NCBI GenBank assembly: GCA_051439605.1
Contig: JBFRWN010000044.1
Coordinates: 109,853-141,852 of the forward strand
DNA: 32,000 bases
Source: Synechococcus sp.
Lineage (GTDB): Bacteria > Cyanobacteriota > Cyanobacteriia > Thermostichales > PCC-7336
Direction: 5' to 3'
Positions 1-10,165 of this stretch are shown here, piece by piece. Each line of letters opens with the position of its first letter. Position 1 is the stretch's first letter. The position numbers and the translations under genes were made by a program. Under the pieces are notes generated by a model. The model made no database searches, was not told the origin of the DNA, and saw only the letters and a list, made by a program, of their open reading frames with translations.

Positions 1-153
1 GAGTCCCCCGCCCACATCGGTCTACGTCGCGGCGAATTGGATCTGCTGCAGTGGGTGAATACGTTTATCTACCACAAGCGATTGGGGGGAGATTTAAACG
101 ACTTTTCCCAAAAATGGTTCGGTCAGCCCCTACCCCCTCTACCTGCTTTCTAG
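1..153 (+). CDS. 3' end of a periplasmic solute-binding protein gene (family-3 amino-acid ABC transporter-like), 5'-truncated by the window edge
   Basis: Frame 1 is open from nt 1 to the TAG at 151-153. It reads ESPAHIGLRRGELDLLQWVNTFIYHKRLGGDLNDFSQKWFGQPLPPLPAF*. The W.N.F...G.L....KWFG ending is typical of C-termini of family-3 substrate-binding proteins. It is absent from the ORF track because no start codon lies in the window. Confidence 0.45.
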   Translation, partial: ESPAHIGLRRGELDLLQWVNTFIYHKRLGGDLNDFSQKWFGQPLPPLPAF

Positions 154-316
154 CAGCAATAAACCTCCTGTCGTCTTGCCCCCCTCTAAGTCTCACTGTT
201 ATGACGACCGTGAAGTCGTTTAGGAAATCTCAGCTATCAGAGCTCCTACTGGGCATAAATTTGTTTGCCGTGGCTGAGATGACCCAAGCTAATAGATGGG
301 GATTTTGATAAATGGA

Positions 317-3300
317 TTAGGTCTCTACTGCTCCTAAAGTCTTCAGCACTGACTTTTGCGCTTGACTCAATCCCGTCACACCATCGATCGCCATCCCTTC
401 GTAGGGGCGATCGGCGCGCAGCCGCTGCAGACAGTCCCCCGTCTCCACATCCCATATAGCAATGGTGGCATCTCGACTGCCGCTAATCAGGCGATCGCCC
501 GAAGGCGTCAGGGCCATGGTTTGGACCCAATTGCTGTGGGCAGGCCAATTGGCCACCTGCTTTCCAGAAGATACATCCCACCACTGCACGCTGCCATCGT
601 TGCTGGCGATCGCCAACCGCTCTCCGCTGGGGCTAAACACGAGCGACCACACCCAACCGCTGTCCACCGCCCAGGTTTGCAAGCAGTCTCCTGATTCGAT
701 GTCCCAAATCCTTACGGTTTCATCTGTGCTCCCACTGGCGATCAGACGCCCGTCGGGGCTACAGGCTAAGGCATACACCCACCGACTGTGGCCGTTCAAG
801 ACCGCTAATTCTTCCCCGGTTGCAGTATCCCAGATGCGCACCGTTTTATCTTTGCTACAGCTGATCAGCCGCTGGCCATCGGGGGTGAAGCGAAGGTCAC
901 GCACCCAGTTTTTGTGATTCTGCAATACGCACCGAGTTTGTCCGGTGGCCACATCCCAGAGGCGGATCGTTCGATCGGTGGAACCGCTGGCCAGTAAGGA
1001 GCCGTCATGGTTCCAGGCTACAGCAATCACCCAGTTGGAATGTCCCTTCAGAACGCGGGCCACTCGACCGCTATTCACATCCCACAGCTGCACATCGGGT
1101 CCATCGCTGCCACTGGCTAAATACCGGCCATCCGGTTTCCAAGCCACGCATTGCTCTCGGTGAGCGTGGCCGGGGAGAGTACGCACTACCTGACCGGTGG
1201 CAAGGTCCCAAAGCTTGAGGGTGTAATCGGTGTGGCTGCTGACTAATAGAGTGCCGGCTGGGTTGAGTGCCACTGCCTGTACCCAGTTGGTGAAACCATG
1301 CCATGTCTTGAGGGTGCGACCGGAGGCGGTTTCCCAGAGCTTCACGGTGTGACCTTCGCAACCGCTAGCTAGCCTTCGACCATCGGGGTTCCAGGCTACC
1401 GTCCGCACGCAGTTTGTATGACCCGGTAACGTCCTGCAGATCTCTCCGGTGGCCACTGTCCAAAGATTTATGGTGCGATCGTCGCTACCGCTGGCCAACA
1501 GGGAACCATCAGGACTCAAGCTGACAGAGCGCACCCAATGTCGGTGCCCCTTCAAAATACGAATCGGTTGCCCCGTCCTAGCATCCCAGAGGCGTATGGT
1601 GCGATCGTCGCCACAGGAGGCAAGGAAGCGACCTTCTGGGCTGTAGCTGACAGAGCGCACCCAGCCCTGGTGCCCCTGCAGTGTTTGCTTGAGCTGACCG
1701 GATTCGACATCCCAAAATCGTACCGTACAGTCTTCACCAGCACTGGCGAGGGTCTTACCATCGGGGCTGAACTTTACCACTCGGACGGAACGGGTATGAC
1801 CCTCCAGAACCCTCAGCAGCTCGTAGGTCCTGGGATTCCACAAACGCACCGTGGTGTCTTCACTGGCACTGGCCAACAACGTAACGGCGGGATTAAATAC
1901 AACCGATCTCACGGTGTCGGTATGGCTGCGCAGCGTCGCCAAAGTATTGCAGCTGGAAGCATGCCACAGTTTCACCGTACGATCCGCACTGGCACTGGCC
2001 AATAGGTAAGGTGCAGTATCCCCCGGACGACCTATTTTCATGGGGGCAAAGGTGACCCCCCAAATGTAATTGGCATGGCCCTGCAGGATGGCGTATTGCT
2101 CGTTAGTACGAGTATTCCACAGGCGAATCTCGGCATTATTATCGGAAGTGGCGAGATAGTTTCCGTCGGGGGAAAAGCTCACCGAAAGAATGCTGCCAAA
2201 GGTGTTGGTAAAAACCGAGTGGGACAGATTGCAATGACTGAAATTGCTCTGTTGCAAATTAGCTTGGCGGAAATCTGCATGCCAAATGGTCAACTTAGAA
2301 AAATCATAACCAGCCAGGCTAATGCCTAAAACACTGCAAAGGTTAATCACATTCCCTGCACCGTATCCCGAACGATAGGCCACATCATTTCTCAACCAAT
2401 CAAATACCTGCAACAGTTTTTGAGTAATCGCCTGCAAAGAACCACCAGTGGACGTTAACTGGTCTGCAATCGGTTTCAGGATGAGCAGCTTCTGGACGTC
2501 GCGGATGTATTCTGCTGCTGTAGCTTTGGTCAGGGCGACACTTTGCAGCAGAGGTAGCCCGGCAATCTCGTCCAAGTTCCCGGATAATTCTATGGATAGG
2601 TGTTGAACGAGACGATCGGTAACATATTCCATCACAACTGGCTGTTGGGTGTAACCTCCCTCCTCCTGCTCAATCAGCGATCGCCAAGTGAGGGATTCTA
2701 AGGTCTGCAAGACAGTGGCCCGAGACACCGCAGGCACTAAGTCCTCTGCTAGTTGTGTCAGCATGACCGGCTCGCGGGCAGTCGCCAGCCAATACATCAC
2801 GCTTTGTTCGAGAGGGGACAGGCGGATAAACTGCTGATCCAGCAATTGTCGAATCGTGTTGAACAGGGTGATGTCCTGTTCGAGGAAGGTGGCAACATTA
2901 CCGTCGAACAAAGTTTGGATGGAGGTGGCTACAATTTTTAACGGTAGCGGGCTATTTCCGTAGCGATCGCACAGCATTTCGAGCTGTGCCTCAGTGCCCT
3001 CCAACCCCCCTCGGTGCAGCAACTCCATCGCCATATCCGCACAGCCTCCCAATTGGAGGGAACGAACGGACAAGCCCACCCCTTCCAAGGCCGCAATTTG
3101 AGCGGGTTTCTCGCGACTGGTTAATGCAACGCAACTTTGGTGAGAGGTTTCTCCCACTAAGCGAAATAGCTTGCCATACAGCTCGTACTCCGGACGATAC
3201 CGTCCCGCTTGGCCCGCCTGCAGAAGAGTCTCAATATTGTCCAAAACAACCAGGCAACGCTGCTTGCGAAGATGATGAATGGCCCGATCTACCGTGGCTT

Positions 3301-3892
3301 CTTTATCCTGACCGTTCGACAAAAAATCAACTAACTCTATGAGGAGATCGTCCAGGGGGGGACCATTACGCAACGATCGCCAGAAAACACAATCAAACTG
3401 CGAAGCGATTTGTTGACCTAGCTTAATGGTGAGGGAGGTTTTGCCCATCCCCGCCATCCCGAACAAGCCCACCAGCCGGCACCGATCGCCCACAATCCAC
3501 TGCTGCAGTTGCTGCAGCTCTTGCGAACGGCCATAGAACATCGAGACATCGGCAGCATCCCCCCAATCTTGGCGGCTGACGTCATTGTCGCGGGCCACAT
3601 GCATTGGGGGGGTCTCATCTGGCCGCACGTAATCGACCGCCTCAAGAGTTAGTCCAAACGCCTTAAAAAAAAACTCAATGGTTTGTCGATCGACCGGCAC
3701 CCGTCGAGCCGTCACTTTTGTCAACGTGTTGGGACTGAGTCCCGTACGCTCGCTTAGCTCCTCAAGCGTAAACGAACGGCTGTAGTTGTCCCGCAACTCA
3801 ACCGCCTCGCGCGCCTGCTGCAATTTTTGCCACCCTCTTGGGCTTAAAATTACGCCCCTTTTGCGTCGAGTGCGCTTGACAGCTCCGGTCAT
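317..3892 (-). CDS. STAND NTPase signalling protein: XRE-type HTH + NB-ARC P-loop + short pentapeptide-repeat stretch + 14 WD40 repeats
   Basis: The ORF track gives 317..3937; the ATG at 3892 ([13 protein letters not shown]...) looks like the more plausible start. HTH: [41 protein letters not shown]. Walker A is [13 protein letters not shown], Walker B-like is CLVVLDNIE, followed by ALTSREKP. Pentapeptide stretch: [23 protein letters not shown]. Fourteen units of the form GH..WV.SV.FSPDG..LASGS.D.T..LWD follow. Confidence 0.85.
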   Translation of the reverse strand: MTGAVKRTRRKRGVILSPRGWQKLQQAREAVELRDNYSRSFTLEELSERTGLSPNTLTKVTARRVPVDRQTIEFFFKAFGLTLEAVDYVRPDETPPMHVARDNDVSRQDWGDAADVSMFYGRSQELQQLQQWIVGDRCRLVGLFGMAGMGKTSLTIKLGQQIASQFDCVFWRSLRNGPPLDDLLIELVDFLSNGQDKEATVDRAIHHLRKQRCLVVLDNIETLLQAGQAGRYRPEYELYGKLFRLVGETSHQSCVALTSREKPAQIAALEGVGLSVRSLQLGGCADMAMELLHRGGLEGTEAQLEMLCDRYGNSPLPLKIVATSIQTLFDGNVATFLEQDITLFNTIRQLLDQQFIRLSPLEQSVMYWLATAREPVMLTQLAEDLVPAVSRATVLQTLESLTWRSLIEQEEGGYTQQPVVMEYVTDRLVQHLSIELSGNLDEIAGLPLLQSVALTKATAAEYIRDVQKLLILKPIADQLTSTGGSLQAITQKLLQVFDWLRNDVAYRSGYGAGNVINLCSVLGISLAGYDFSKLTIWHADFRQANLQQSNFSHCNLSHSVFTNTFGSILSVSFSPDGNYLATSDNNAEIRLWNTRTNEQYAILQGHANYIWGVTFAPMKIGRPGDTAPYLLASASADRTVKLWHASSCNTLATLRSHTDTVRSVVFNPAVTLLASASEDTTVRLWNPRTYELLRVLEGHTRSVRVVKFSPDGKTLASAGEDCTVRFWDVESGQLKQTLQGHQGWVRSVSYSPEGRFLASCGDDRTIRLWDARTGQPIRILKGHRHWVRSVSLSPDGSLLASGSDDRTINLWTVATGEICRTLPGHTNCVRTVAWNPDGRRLASGCEGHTVKLWETASGRTLKTWHGFTNWVQAVALNPAGTLLVSSHTDYTLKLWDLATGQVVRTLPGHAHREQCVAWKPDGRYLASGSDGPDVQLWDVNSGRVARVLKGHSNWVIAVAWNHDGSLLASGSTDRTIRLWDVATGQTRCVLQNHKNWVRDLRFTPDGQRLISCSKDKTVRIWDTATGEELAVLNGHSRWVYALACSPDGRLIASGSTDETVRIWDIESGDCLQTWAVDSGWVWSLVFSPSGERLAIASNDGSVQWWDVSSGKQVANWPAHSNWVQTMALTPSGDRLISGSRDATIAIWDVETGDCLQRLRADRPYEGMAIDGVTGLSQAQKSVLKTLGAVET

Positions 3893-4351
3893 TTTGTTCT
3901 CAAGTCGCAGTTTGCAATCTATTTTGCATATTTCCACACAAATTTCTGCTTAAGTTGGGATCTTAAGTTGGGTTTTTTGCGTATTGTTATCTTTCTTTGC
4001 AGTTGCGAATACAAGAGTTAGGAGGGGGACAAACAAAATCGCCCGCTGTCCATAAAAAATACTACAAAAAATAAATATTTTGGCATAAATCAACACCAGT
4101 GGACGCAAAATAGATGAGAAAAAGTCGAGTTTCTCTCATTGATGAAATCTTGGGTAATACAAGCTGTTATCTCGCCTTAAATAGCCCTCTTGTGGAGTTT
4201 GGGCACCTACAGATCTAGGTATCTCTAGCGCCTCTGTTGGTATGCGCTGTCGCAGCAGGCAAGTTTTAGCAAGCACAACGAACCAACCCGATCTGCTGCG
4301 GCCTAATACACCGAATTCTGTAGGCCATACTATTGCCCCAATCGGAAGGAT

Positions 4352-4876
4352 TCACATACCCTTGAGGTAATCGCGGTAGCCCACCTGCTGCAATCGTGCA
4401 TCTTTACCCGCAACCATTTGCCGCAATTCCTGTCGGTAAGCCAACACTTGTACCTGCAATTCTGGCTGGTGGCTGGCCAGGATTTGCACAGCCAATAGGC
4501 CAGCATTTTGGGCATTGCCAATGGCTACGGTGGCCACAGGAATTCCACGCGGCATTTGGACAATGGAATAAAGAGAATCCACTCCACTTAACGTGCTGGT
4601 TTTAACCGGCACACCAATTACGGGCAGCGGTGTCAAAGAGGCCATCATGCCGGGTAAATGGGCCGCCCCGCCTGCCCCTGCCACGATTGCTTTATAGCCT
4701 TTTGCATGGGCGGTTTTGGCAAAGTCCACCATGCGATCGGGGGTGCGGTGGGCGCTGAGGATATGAACGCTGTACGGGACCTCAAATCGATCGCAAATAT
4801 CGCAGGCTGCCGCCATTGTGGGCAGATCGGAATCGCTTCCCATGGCGATCGCAATGACAGGGGCAATATCGGTCAC
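4352..4876 (-). CDS. purE: N5-carboxyaminoimidazole ribonucleotide mutase (class I PurE)
   Basis: 174 aa. Contains VIAIAMGSDSDLPTM, ILSAHRTPDRM and AGGAAHLPGMMAS...PVIGVPV, the canonical PurE motifs, and has the canonical length. Confidence 0.9.
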   Translation of the reverse strand: MTDIAPVIAIAMGSDSDLPTMAAACDICDRFEVPYSVHILSAHRTPDRMVDFAKTAHAKGYKAIVAGAGGAAHLPGMMASLTPLPVIGVPVKTSTLSGVDSLYSIVQMPRGIPVATVAIGNAQNAGLLAVQILASHQPELQVQVLAYRQELRQMVAGKDARLQQVGYRDYLKGM

Positions 4877-5112
4877 AGGTTATCCCGCCAAAACAACTAC
4901 TTTCACAGCCCCTCCTCAGTCACTCCAGTGTCTTGCTGCTGGCGCACAGGAAGAGAGCAAAGCCATCGCTAATTTATCCAAAAACGAGGCGAGGGAAAAT
5001 TGCTCAGCTCAAGTGACGTGACATACCAAACAAACACCTCCCCCGAGCCAAACTGGCAATCAAGGGAGGTGAACGGAGTTGATGAGAGGGAGTTGAGCAA
5101 ATACCGATCGAC

Positions 5113-6999
5113 TTAGGCCAAAGCCTTCTCAGTCAGCTTGGTCAACACATCGTTAGACCGCTGGAGGAAAGACTGCATCGTGTCTGCATCGGGGCTGCGC
5201 TGCGCCATCATGGCCAGATCGTAAATATGGTTGCAAATCAGACCCGTTAGGTCGTCACTACCCACCACTTGCCCTTTGGAAAGCTCCTGCAGGTTTTGCA
5301 CCAATGGGTGGGAGGTATTCACCACCAGCGTGTGCTCGTCAGGTAGCTGAAACGCTGAGGTGTCCTGCTGCATCACCGCCGCCATTTCCTGCATGCGGCG
5401 CATAGCCTCGGGGAGAAGAATCATGGCGGGAACCGCTGCAGACTTGAGCGCCTGCGCCTTTACATCCAGTCTGTCTTTACCCAACGCTGACTTGAACATA
5501 TCCTGCAGGGTCTCGGTGCGGGTCTTGTTGGTGGTGGGATCGACAATGTCTCCGGCACTGTCCTCATCCACCAGCTTGTCATCAAGCTCGGAGTCCACCC
5601 GCTTGAATTGGACCTCACTGTTTTCCCGCTCCAAAAAGCCGGTGAAGTGACTATCAATAAAACCATCCAGCAGCAGAACCTCAAGCCCTTGGCTCTTGTG
5701 CAGTTCGATGTAGGCACTCTGAGCAGATTCGTCGTTGGAATAGTAAACGGTCTTGTCCTGTTTCTCGCTATTGCGCTCTAAATAGTCCGCCAGGGTGACG
5801 TAGGGCTTTTGCTCCTCTGCTTCAGCCTCTAACGTGGTTTTGAACACCAAAATGTCCTTCACCCGCTGGTAGAACTTGTCGCTGTTCATGACGCCGAACT
5901 TCACGAACAGGCTAATATCAGGCCACACCTCCAGATATCGGTCATAGTCCTCTTGGTAAAGGTCGTTGAGGCGATCGCCCACTTTCTTGGCAATGTGGTC
6001 GGAGATGCGCTGGACTTTGCGATCGTTGTGTAGGTAGCTGCGAGAAACGTTGAGGGGAATGTCATTGCCGTCTACATCAATCACGCCGCGCAGGGGCATA
6101 AGGAATTTGGGAATGACTTCCTCAGCGTTGTCGGTGACGTACACCTGATCGCAGAAAAGTTTGATTTGTCCGCGGTTGGGGTCAATGTCGGGACGCAGTT
6201 TGGGGAAGTAGAGAATCCCTTTGACGATCACCGGGTAATCGGTGTTGATGTGAATCCAGAACAGTGGCTCTTCTTGGAATGGATACAGATACCGATAAAA
6301 CTCAAGATAATCCTCATCCTTGAGATCTGAAGGAGACTTGGCCCACAGCGGCTCCTGTTTGTTGACAACAGAATCACCAAAGTGGATGGGCACCTGCAAG
6401 AAATCGCAGTACTTGGTAATCAGCTGACGAATGCGAGACTCTTCTAAAAATTCATCATCCTCTTCGGTGAGGGTCAACGTAATGGTGGTGCCGATGTCGG
6501 TGCGATCGGAGTCATCCAAAGTGAATTGGGTCGAGCCATCGCAGGACCAGTGCACTGCCGCTTCATCTTGTTGATAAGACTTGGTGTCGATCTCCACCAA
6601 GGAGGACACCATAAAGGACGAATAGAAGCCCAAACCAAAGTGACCGATAATGCCCTGTTCGTTACCATCCCCTTTGTATTTCTCGATAAATTCTTCAGCG
6701 CTGGAGAAGGCAACCTGGTTGATGTAGTTCCTCACTTCATCAGCGGTCATGCCTAAACCGCTATCGGTGATGCTGAGCTGACGCTTTTCCTTATCGATGG
6801 CCACCGTAATCTTAGGCTCGGGCATCTCTGGGATATCTTCCCGATAGCCAATCCACTTCAGCTTGGAGATGGCATCAACCCCATTCGAAATCAATTCCCG
6901 CAGGAAAATCTCCCGGTCCGAGTACAGGGACTTTTTAATAATCGGAAAAATATTTTCGGTATGGATGCTGATATTGCCTTGTTCGTGCATGCGTTTCAA
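5113..6999 (-). CDS. htpG: Molecular chaperone HtpG (Hsp90 family)
   Basis: 628 aa. The N-terminal GHKL ATPase signature is FPIIKKSLYSDREIFLRELISNGVDA...DSGLGMT...IGHFGLGFYSSFMV. Length and C-terminal dimerisation region are as in bacterial HtpG. Confidence 0.95.
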   Translation of the reverse strand: MKRMHEQGNISIHTENIFPIIKKSLYSDREIFLRELISNGVDAISKLKWIGYREDIPEMPEPKITVAIDKEKRQLSITDSGLGMTADEVRNYINQVAFSSAEEFIEKYKGDGNEQGIIGHFGLGFYSSFMVSSLVEIDTKSYQQDEAAVHWSCDGSTQFTLDDSDRTDIGTTITLTLTEEDDEFLEESRIRQLITKYCDFLQVPIHFGDSVVNKQEPLWAKSPSDLKDEDYLEFYRYLYPFQEEPLFWIHINTDYPVIVKGILYFPKLRPDIDPNRGQIKLFCDQVYVTDNAEEVIPKFLMPLRGVIDVDGNDIPLNVSRSYLHNDRKVQRISDHIAKKVGDRLNDLYQEDYDRYLEVWPDISLFVKFGVMNSDKFYQRVKDILVFKTTLEAEAEEQKPYVTLADYLERNSEKQDKTVYYSNDESAQSAYIELHKSQGLEVLLLDGFIDSHFTGFLERENSEVQFKRVDSELDDKLVDEDSAGDIVDPTTNKTRTETLQDMFKSALGKDRLDVKAQALKSAAVPAMILLPEAMRRMQEMAAVMQQDTSAFQLPDEHTLVVNTSHPLVQNLQELSKGQVVGSDDLTGLICNHIYDLAMMAQRSPDADTMQSFLQRSNDVLTKLTEKALA

Positions 7000-7026
7000 C
7001 TCCCGATCTCGCTCGTCAGTAGTATT

Positions 7027-7047
7027 GCGACCGTCAAGTCGCTAAGG
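7027..7047. repeat. Copy A of a dispersed hairpin-forming 21-mer, GCGACCGTCAAGTCGCT(A/G)AGG
   Basis: The 17-nt core GCGACCGTCAAGTCGCT is identical to 17903-17919. It can fold as GCGAC-N6-GTCGC. It lies 28-48 nt upstream of the htpG start codon, in the 5' leader/promoter zone of the minus-strand gene. Confidence 0.6.
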
Positions 7048-7342
7048 ATTGTCACCAGCCAAATCCCGTTACAGGCCTGGATCTAGTTGCCCAAACTGAA
7101 CTGGCTACGTCCATCAACAAAACTTTGGTTGAACGCACTCAGGTGAATAGCATGCAACACAAATTGGTCAGAGATAGACGATATGAATAATTTCTCGGCA
7201 ACTCAGGTTAGCACCCCTATTCCTGCCATCAGGGTGAAATGCCCACCCAGAACCGTAGAAAATCCCGAACCCCTAACCCCTGTCGGTATCCCACAGTACG
7301 GTTTGCTAAAATAGGAATTAGCCGACGTAGAGACTTTCGCCT

Positions 7343-7792
7343 GTGCTAACTATTCTGAGAAAGCCGGTTAAACACCGCTCAGCTTATACCCTTAGCTTTG
7401 TCTCCACACTCTATGTCAGACCGATACTCGAACTCCTAACATTAGAGGTGCCTCCATGTTGGCAGGCGGAGGTTCAGCTGGGTCTTCAAGAAGCTTTAGT
7501 CAACGCAGTTGCCCACGGCAATCAATTCGATACCAGTAAGCGCGTCACGGTCACCGTATCTTGTCATGCACCGCTCTATCAGTGGACGATCGTCGACGAA
7601 GGCTGTGGGTTTGCCAGCCAGCACTGCTGCGATCGCCAACCCAATGCCGGTATCGACGACCGTGACGAATGCGGTCGTGGAGTTTTTATTCTCAATCAAA
7701 TTTTTGACCGCGTGGAATGGAACGAAAGCGGTAACGAACTCTGCCTGATGAAGGCAATCCATCAGACTCGTACAGACCCTCTTATTCCCTAA
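7343..7792 (+). CDS. Anti-sigma regulatory factor / RsbW-SpoIIAB-like serine protein kinase (HATPase_c)
   Basis: 149 aa with a GTG start. The N-box is LQEALVNAVAHGN and the G1-box is VDEGCGF. Size is typical of stand-alone RsbW-like kinases. No partner antagonist gene is adjacent. Confidence 0.6.
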   Translation: MLTILRKPVKHRSAYTLSFVSTLYVRPILELLTLEVPPCWQAEVQLGLQEALVNAVAHGNQFDTSKRVTVTVSCHAPLYQWTIVDEGCGFASQHCCDRQPNAGIDDRDECGRGVFILNQIFDRVEWNESGNELCLMKAIHQTRTDPLIP

Positions 7793-7833
7793 TCGGTCTG
7801 CTTAACGGGTTAGATACGGCTACTGGAAGTGTG

Positions 7834-7863
7834 CTCCCACTGACTAGCGGTAGTCAGTGGGGG
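7834..7863. terminator. Strong stem-loop between convergent genes (candidate bidirectional terminator)
   Basis: The sequence is CTCCCACTGACTA-GCGG-TAGTCAGTGGGGG: 11 perfect bp, extendable to 13 with one G:U, and a 4-nt loop. It sits 42 nt after the stop of the + strand kinase gene and 19 nt after the stop of the minus-strand mini-ORF. No clear U-tract on either strand. Confidence 0.4.
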
Positions 7864-7881
7864 AGTAACGAGCGAAACAAT

Positions 7882-8001
7882 CTAGAAAATACCAATCAAA
7901 ATTAGGGCGGTGAACAGGCAGAATAGACCGATTGAAATGGCGATCGCCCAAAAGAAGCCCTCTTCAAACGTATTTCTAGGAATTTTGGCAGGAAAACCCA
8001 T
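7882..8001 (-). CDS. Small hydrophobic protein (39 aa, single predicted TM helix), not in the ORF track
   Basis: My own translation is MGFPAKIPRNTFEEGFFWAIAISIGLFCLFTALILIGIF*. The ATG is at 8001-7999, preceded by GAGG about 10 nt upstream; the TAG is at 7884-7882. It overlaps the unconvincing 74-aa track ORF 7902..8126 in another frame. I do not recognise the family. Confidence 0.3.
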   Translation of the reverse strand: MGFPAKIPRNTFEEGFFWAIAISIGLFCLFTALILIGIF

Positions 8002-8128
8002 ATTAGTTGCCTCATACTCATCAGTTTGCGATGACGCTCCGTTATGTCTATTGTAGAGAGTTTGTTCGGCAGAACGTAGAGACAGGAAAAACTATAGCAA
8101 TCGTTTAGCCTAGGGCTGATGGACAAAC

Positions 8129-10003
8129 CTACCTAAGACGGGCCAAGCGATAAGCTCCGGCCTCCGCAATTGTTTCATAGGTGTTTGGCCCTAAGCCAAA
8201 ATCATCAAAGACGTCCGTTTCCCCTAGAAGCAGTGCAGAAGGGATAGGATTGGCAGCATTTTCTGGGTTCAAGGCGCGCTCAAACTGCGAGCGCCCCGAC
8301 AAGTACTGGACATTCTGTCGCATGTAAAAAGTCACGCTGGGCTTCATGAAACCAATCATGAGCATCGGTTCGTTAGACTGAATTTCTTCTGCTGCCAGCC
8401 AAGACAATTGCCTCAGGGGCAGTTGCCGCTGCCCATCCATCAGGGGAAAGGCCACAGAAACAACCACAATGACACAGGCCAGCATGCCGCCGGTATTGGC
8501 TAAACATAGCCACTTCAAGCGATTGGTGAACACTAGTCCCACCGCCACGATCGCCGTCGTGCCCCAAATTACTCCTCCCAGTAGTGGCAGATGGGCTGCT
8601 TGAATAGCCTCCGGCAAATCTGGGGCAGAGGAGTCAGCCCCCAAAAAACTCGTCAGCATTAGGCTGCCGATGGCTAGTGCCACAAAGAACAGGATGTTGC
8701 AGACAGTTTGAATCCACATCCCAATCGAGGGCTTAGTCTGTGTTAACTCCGAAGTGCGATTGGAACTTGAAATACGATCCGACCACAGCAGCGCCACCAT
8801 AATCGCAGCAGCGGGCAACAGCGGCAGGATATAGCTGGGTAGCTTAGTCACCGAAACAGTAAAAAATCCAAAGATGGAAATGAACCACCAAAAAGCGAAC
8901 AACCCCAGTTGATAGGGGCGCGATTGCTGTCTCCAAGCTCCCAATCGCCAAACTTGCAGTTGCCCAATCGCCCCAGGAAGCTCGAAGGAAAACGGAGCAA
9001 AGCCCCCCAGAACAATGAGGAAATAAAAGTACCACGGGGCCGAGTGTTTGTTCACCACACTCGTGAACCGCTCAAAGTTGTGGTAGCCAAAAAAAGTATC
9101 AATGTAGTCTGAGCCATGAATGGTACTCACCGCCAAGAACCACGGAACCGTCAAGGCGGCGATCGTCACCACCCCCCTCACTGGCAGTGCCTCACGCAGC
9201 ACCTCTACCAAACGACCGGCAAACAGCAAAAACGCAACGATGGCCAATCCAGGTAACACGATCGCCACCGGGCCTTTGGTCAAAATCCCCAGACCAATAA
9301 AGGTATAGAAGGCTAAATACCAGCACCGTTGCTTGGAACGATTTCCCTGGCACGCATAGGCATTGAAAAACGACAGCATCGAGCCAGTCATGCAAGCAGT
9401 CAGCAGCATATCCGAGACCCCCGTTCTCCCCCAGGCGACGATCAGAGGGGTGAGGGCAACAATGCAAGCCCCCAGCCAAGCTGCTGACCAATTATCTGCT
9501 GGCGGGAGCACTTGTTCTGAAGTGCGTTGAGAAAGGTCTCCCTCAACGCACTCGATGTCCCCCCGAGAGAACCCAGACCGATAGCCAAATTTGAGCAGCG
9601 AGAACGCCACCAGCACCACTACCGAAATCGCAGATAGTGCGGAGGGGAGGCGCACTCCCCATTCGTTCACCCCCACCAGCTGGTAGGCGATCGCCATCAA
9701 CCAGTAAATCAAAGGGGGTTTGTCAAAACGAGTTTCCCCGTTGAAATAGGGGGTAATCCAATCGCCAGTGACAACCATTTGCCGTGCGGCTTCGGCGAAC
9801 AGCGGTTCAGTTTCGTCCACCAATCCAACCGTTCCCAGCTGCCATAGGTAGCTCACCCCACCCAGCCCAGTCACCAACGCAATTGAAATCCCCCACAAAA
9901 AAACGGAGCTGTGGAGGAAATGGCTGGATTTGTTACGATCGCCAGCGTCAAATACCATACACACCTTTATCAGATGACAACTGTTCTTAGCGATGCTGTG
10001 CAA
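8129..10003 (-). CDS. Family-39 glycosyltransferase (ArnT / PMT_2-like, polyprenyl-phosphate-sugar dependent membrane glycosyltransferase)
   Basis: 624 aa and polytopic. The signature is DETEPLFAEAARQMVVTGDWITPYFNGETRFDKPPLIYWLMA, matching the DE...KPPL loop of ArnT/PMT-type enzymes. The true start may be the internal ATG at 9958. Confidence 0.8.
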   Translation of the reverse strand: MHSIAKNSCHLIKVCMVFDAGDRNKSSHFLHSSVFLWGISIALVTGLGGVSYLWQLGTVGLVDETEPLFAEAARQMVVTGDWITPYFNGETRFDKPPLIYWLMAIAYQLVGVNEWGVRLPSALSAISVVVLVAFSLLKFGYRSGFSRGDIECVEGDLSQRTSEQVLPPADNWSAAWLGACIVALTPLIVAWGRTGVSDMLLTACMTGSMLSFFNAYACQGNRSKQRCWYLAFYTFIGLGILTKGPVAIVLPGLAIVAFLLFAGRLVEVLREALPVRGVVTIAALTVPWFLAVSTIHGSDYIDTFFGYHNFERFTSVVNKHSAPWYFYFLIVLGGFAPFSFELPGAIGQLQVWRLGAWRQQSRPYQLGLFAFWWFISIFGFFTVSVTKLPSYILPLLPAAAIMVALLWSDRISSSNRTSELTQTKPSIGMWIQTVCNILFFVALAIGSLMLTSFLGADSSAPDLPEAIQAAHLPLLGGVIWGTTAIVAVGLVFTNRLKWLCLANTGGMLACVIVVVSVAFPLMDGQRQLPLRQLSWLAAEEIQSNEPMLMIGFMKPSVTFYMRQNVQYLSGRSQFERALNPENAANPIPSALLLGETDVFDDFGLGPNTYETIAEAGAYRLARLR

Positions 10004-10165
10004 TTCTTGAGCACATCATGAGACAGGCCAGCCATCAATGGTCAGCCATAAAACAGGATCGGTGGGCCACACCCATTAGTCAATGCACTGGAAGAAAAAA
10101 AACAGCGTTGCCATCCCCCCGTTTATAAAGTAGGAGCTACAAAGTAAGAGCTACTGTGACCGTGA

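Noticed and set aside
356-3645. Numerous 60-155-aa ORFs on the + strand and in alternative minus frames inside the first WD40/STAND gene (for example 356..694, 462..917, 1538..2005, 2986..3342, 3418..3645).
   Set aside because: They lie entirely within a long, motif-rich CDS. Their Arg/Pro/Ser-rich, low-complexity translations are typical of shadow ORFs in GC-rich repeat DNA. The same reasoning applies to antisense ORFs inside htpG, the GT39 gene, dcm, the orthocaspase gene and the second WD40 gene.
5035-5071. Inverted repeat CACCTCCC-N21-GGGAGGTG downstream of htpG, considered as its terminator.
   Set aside because: The stem is only 8 bp with a 21-nt loop and there is no U-tract. That is too weak to call. 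It may simply reflect an SD-like GGGAGG sequence.
7200-7240. TTAGCACCCC... upstream of htpG, considered as a CIRCE (TTAGCACTC-N9-GAGTGCTAA) heat-shock operator.
   Set aside because: Only the first 7 nt resemble the left arm, and no matching right arm is present at the required spacing.
7902-8126. 74-aa track ORF (MSISPRLNDCYSF...).
   Set aside because: It has no recognisable features and an odd composition. It overlaps a much more protein-like 39-codon TM mini-ORF in another frame, and it starts almost inside the stop region of the GT39 gene.
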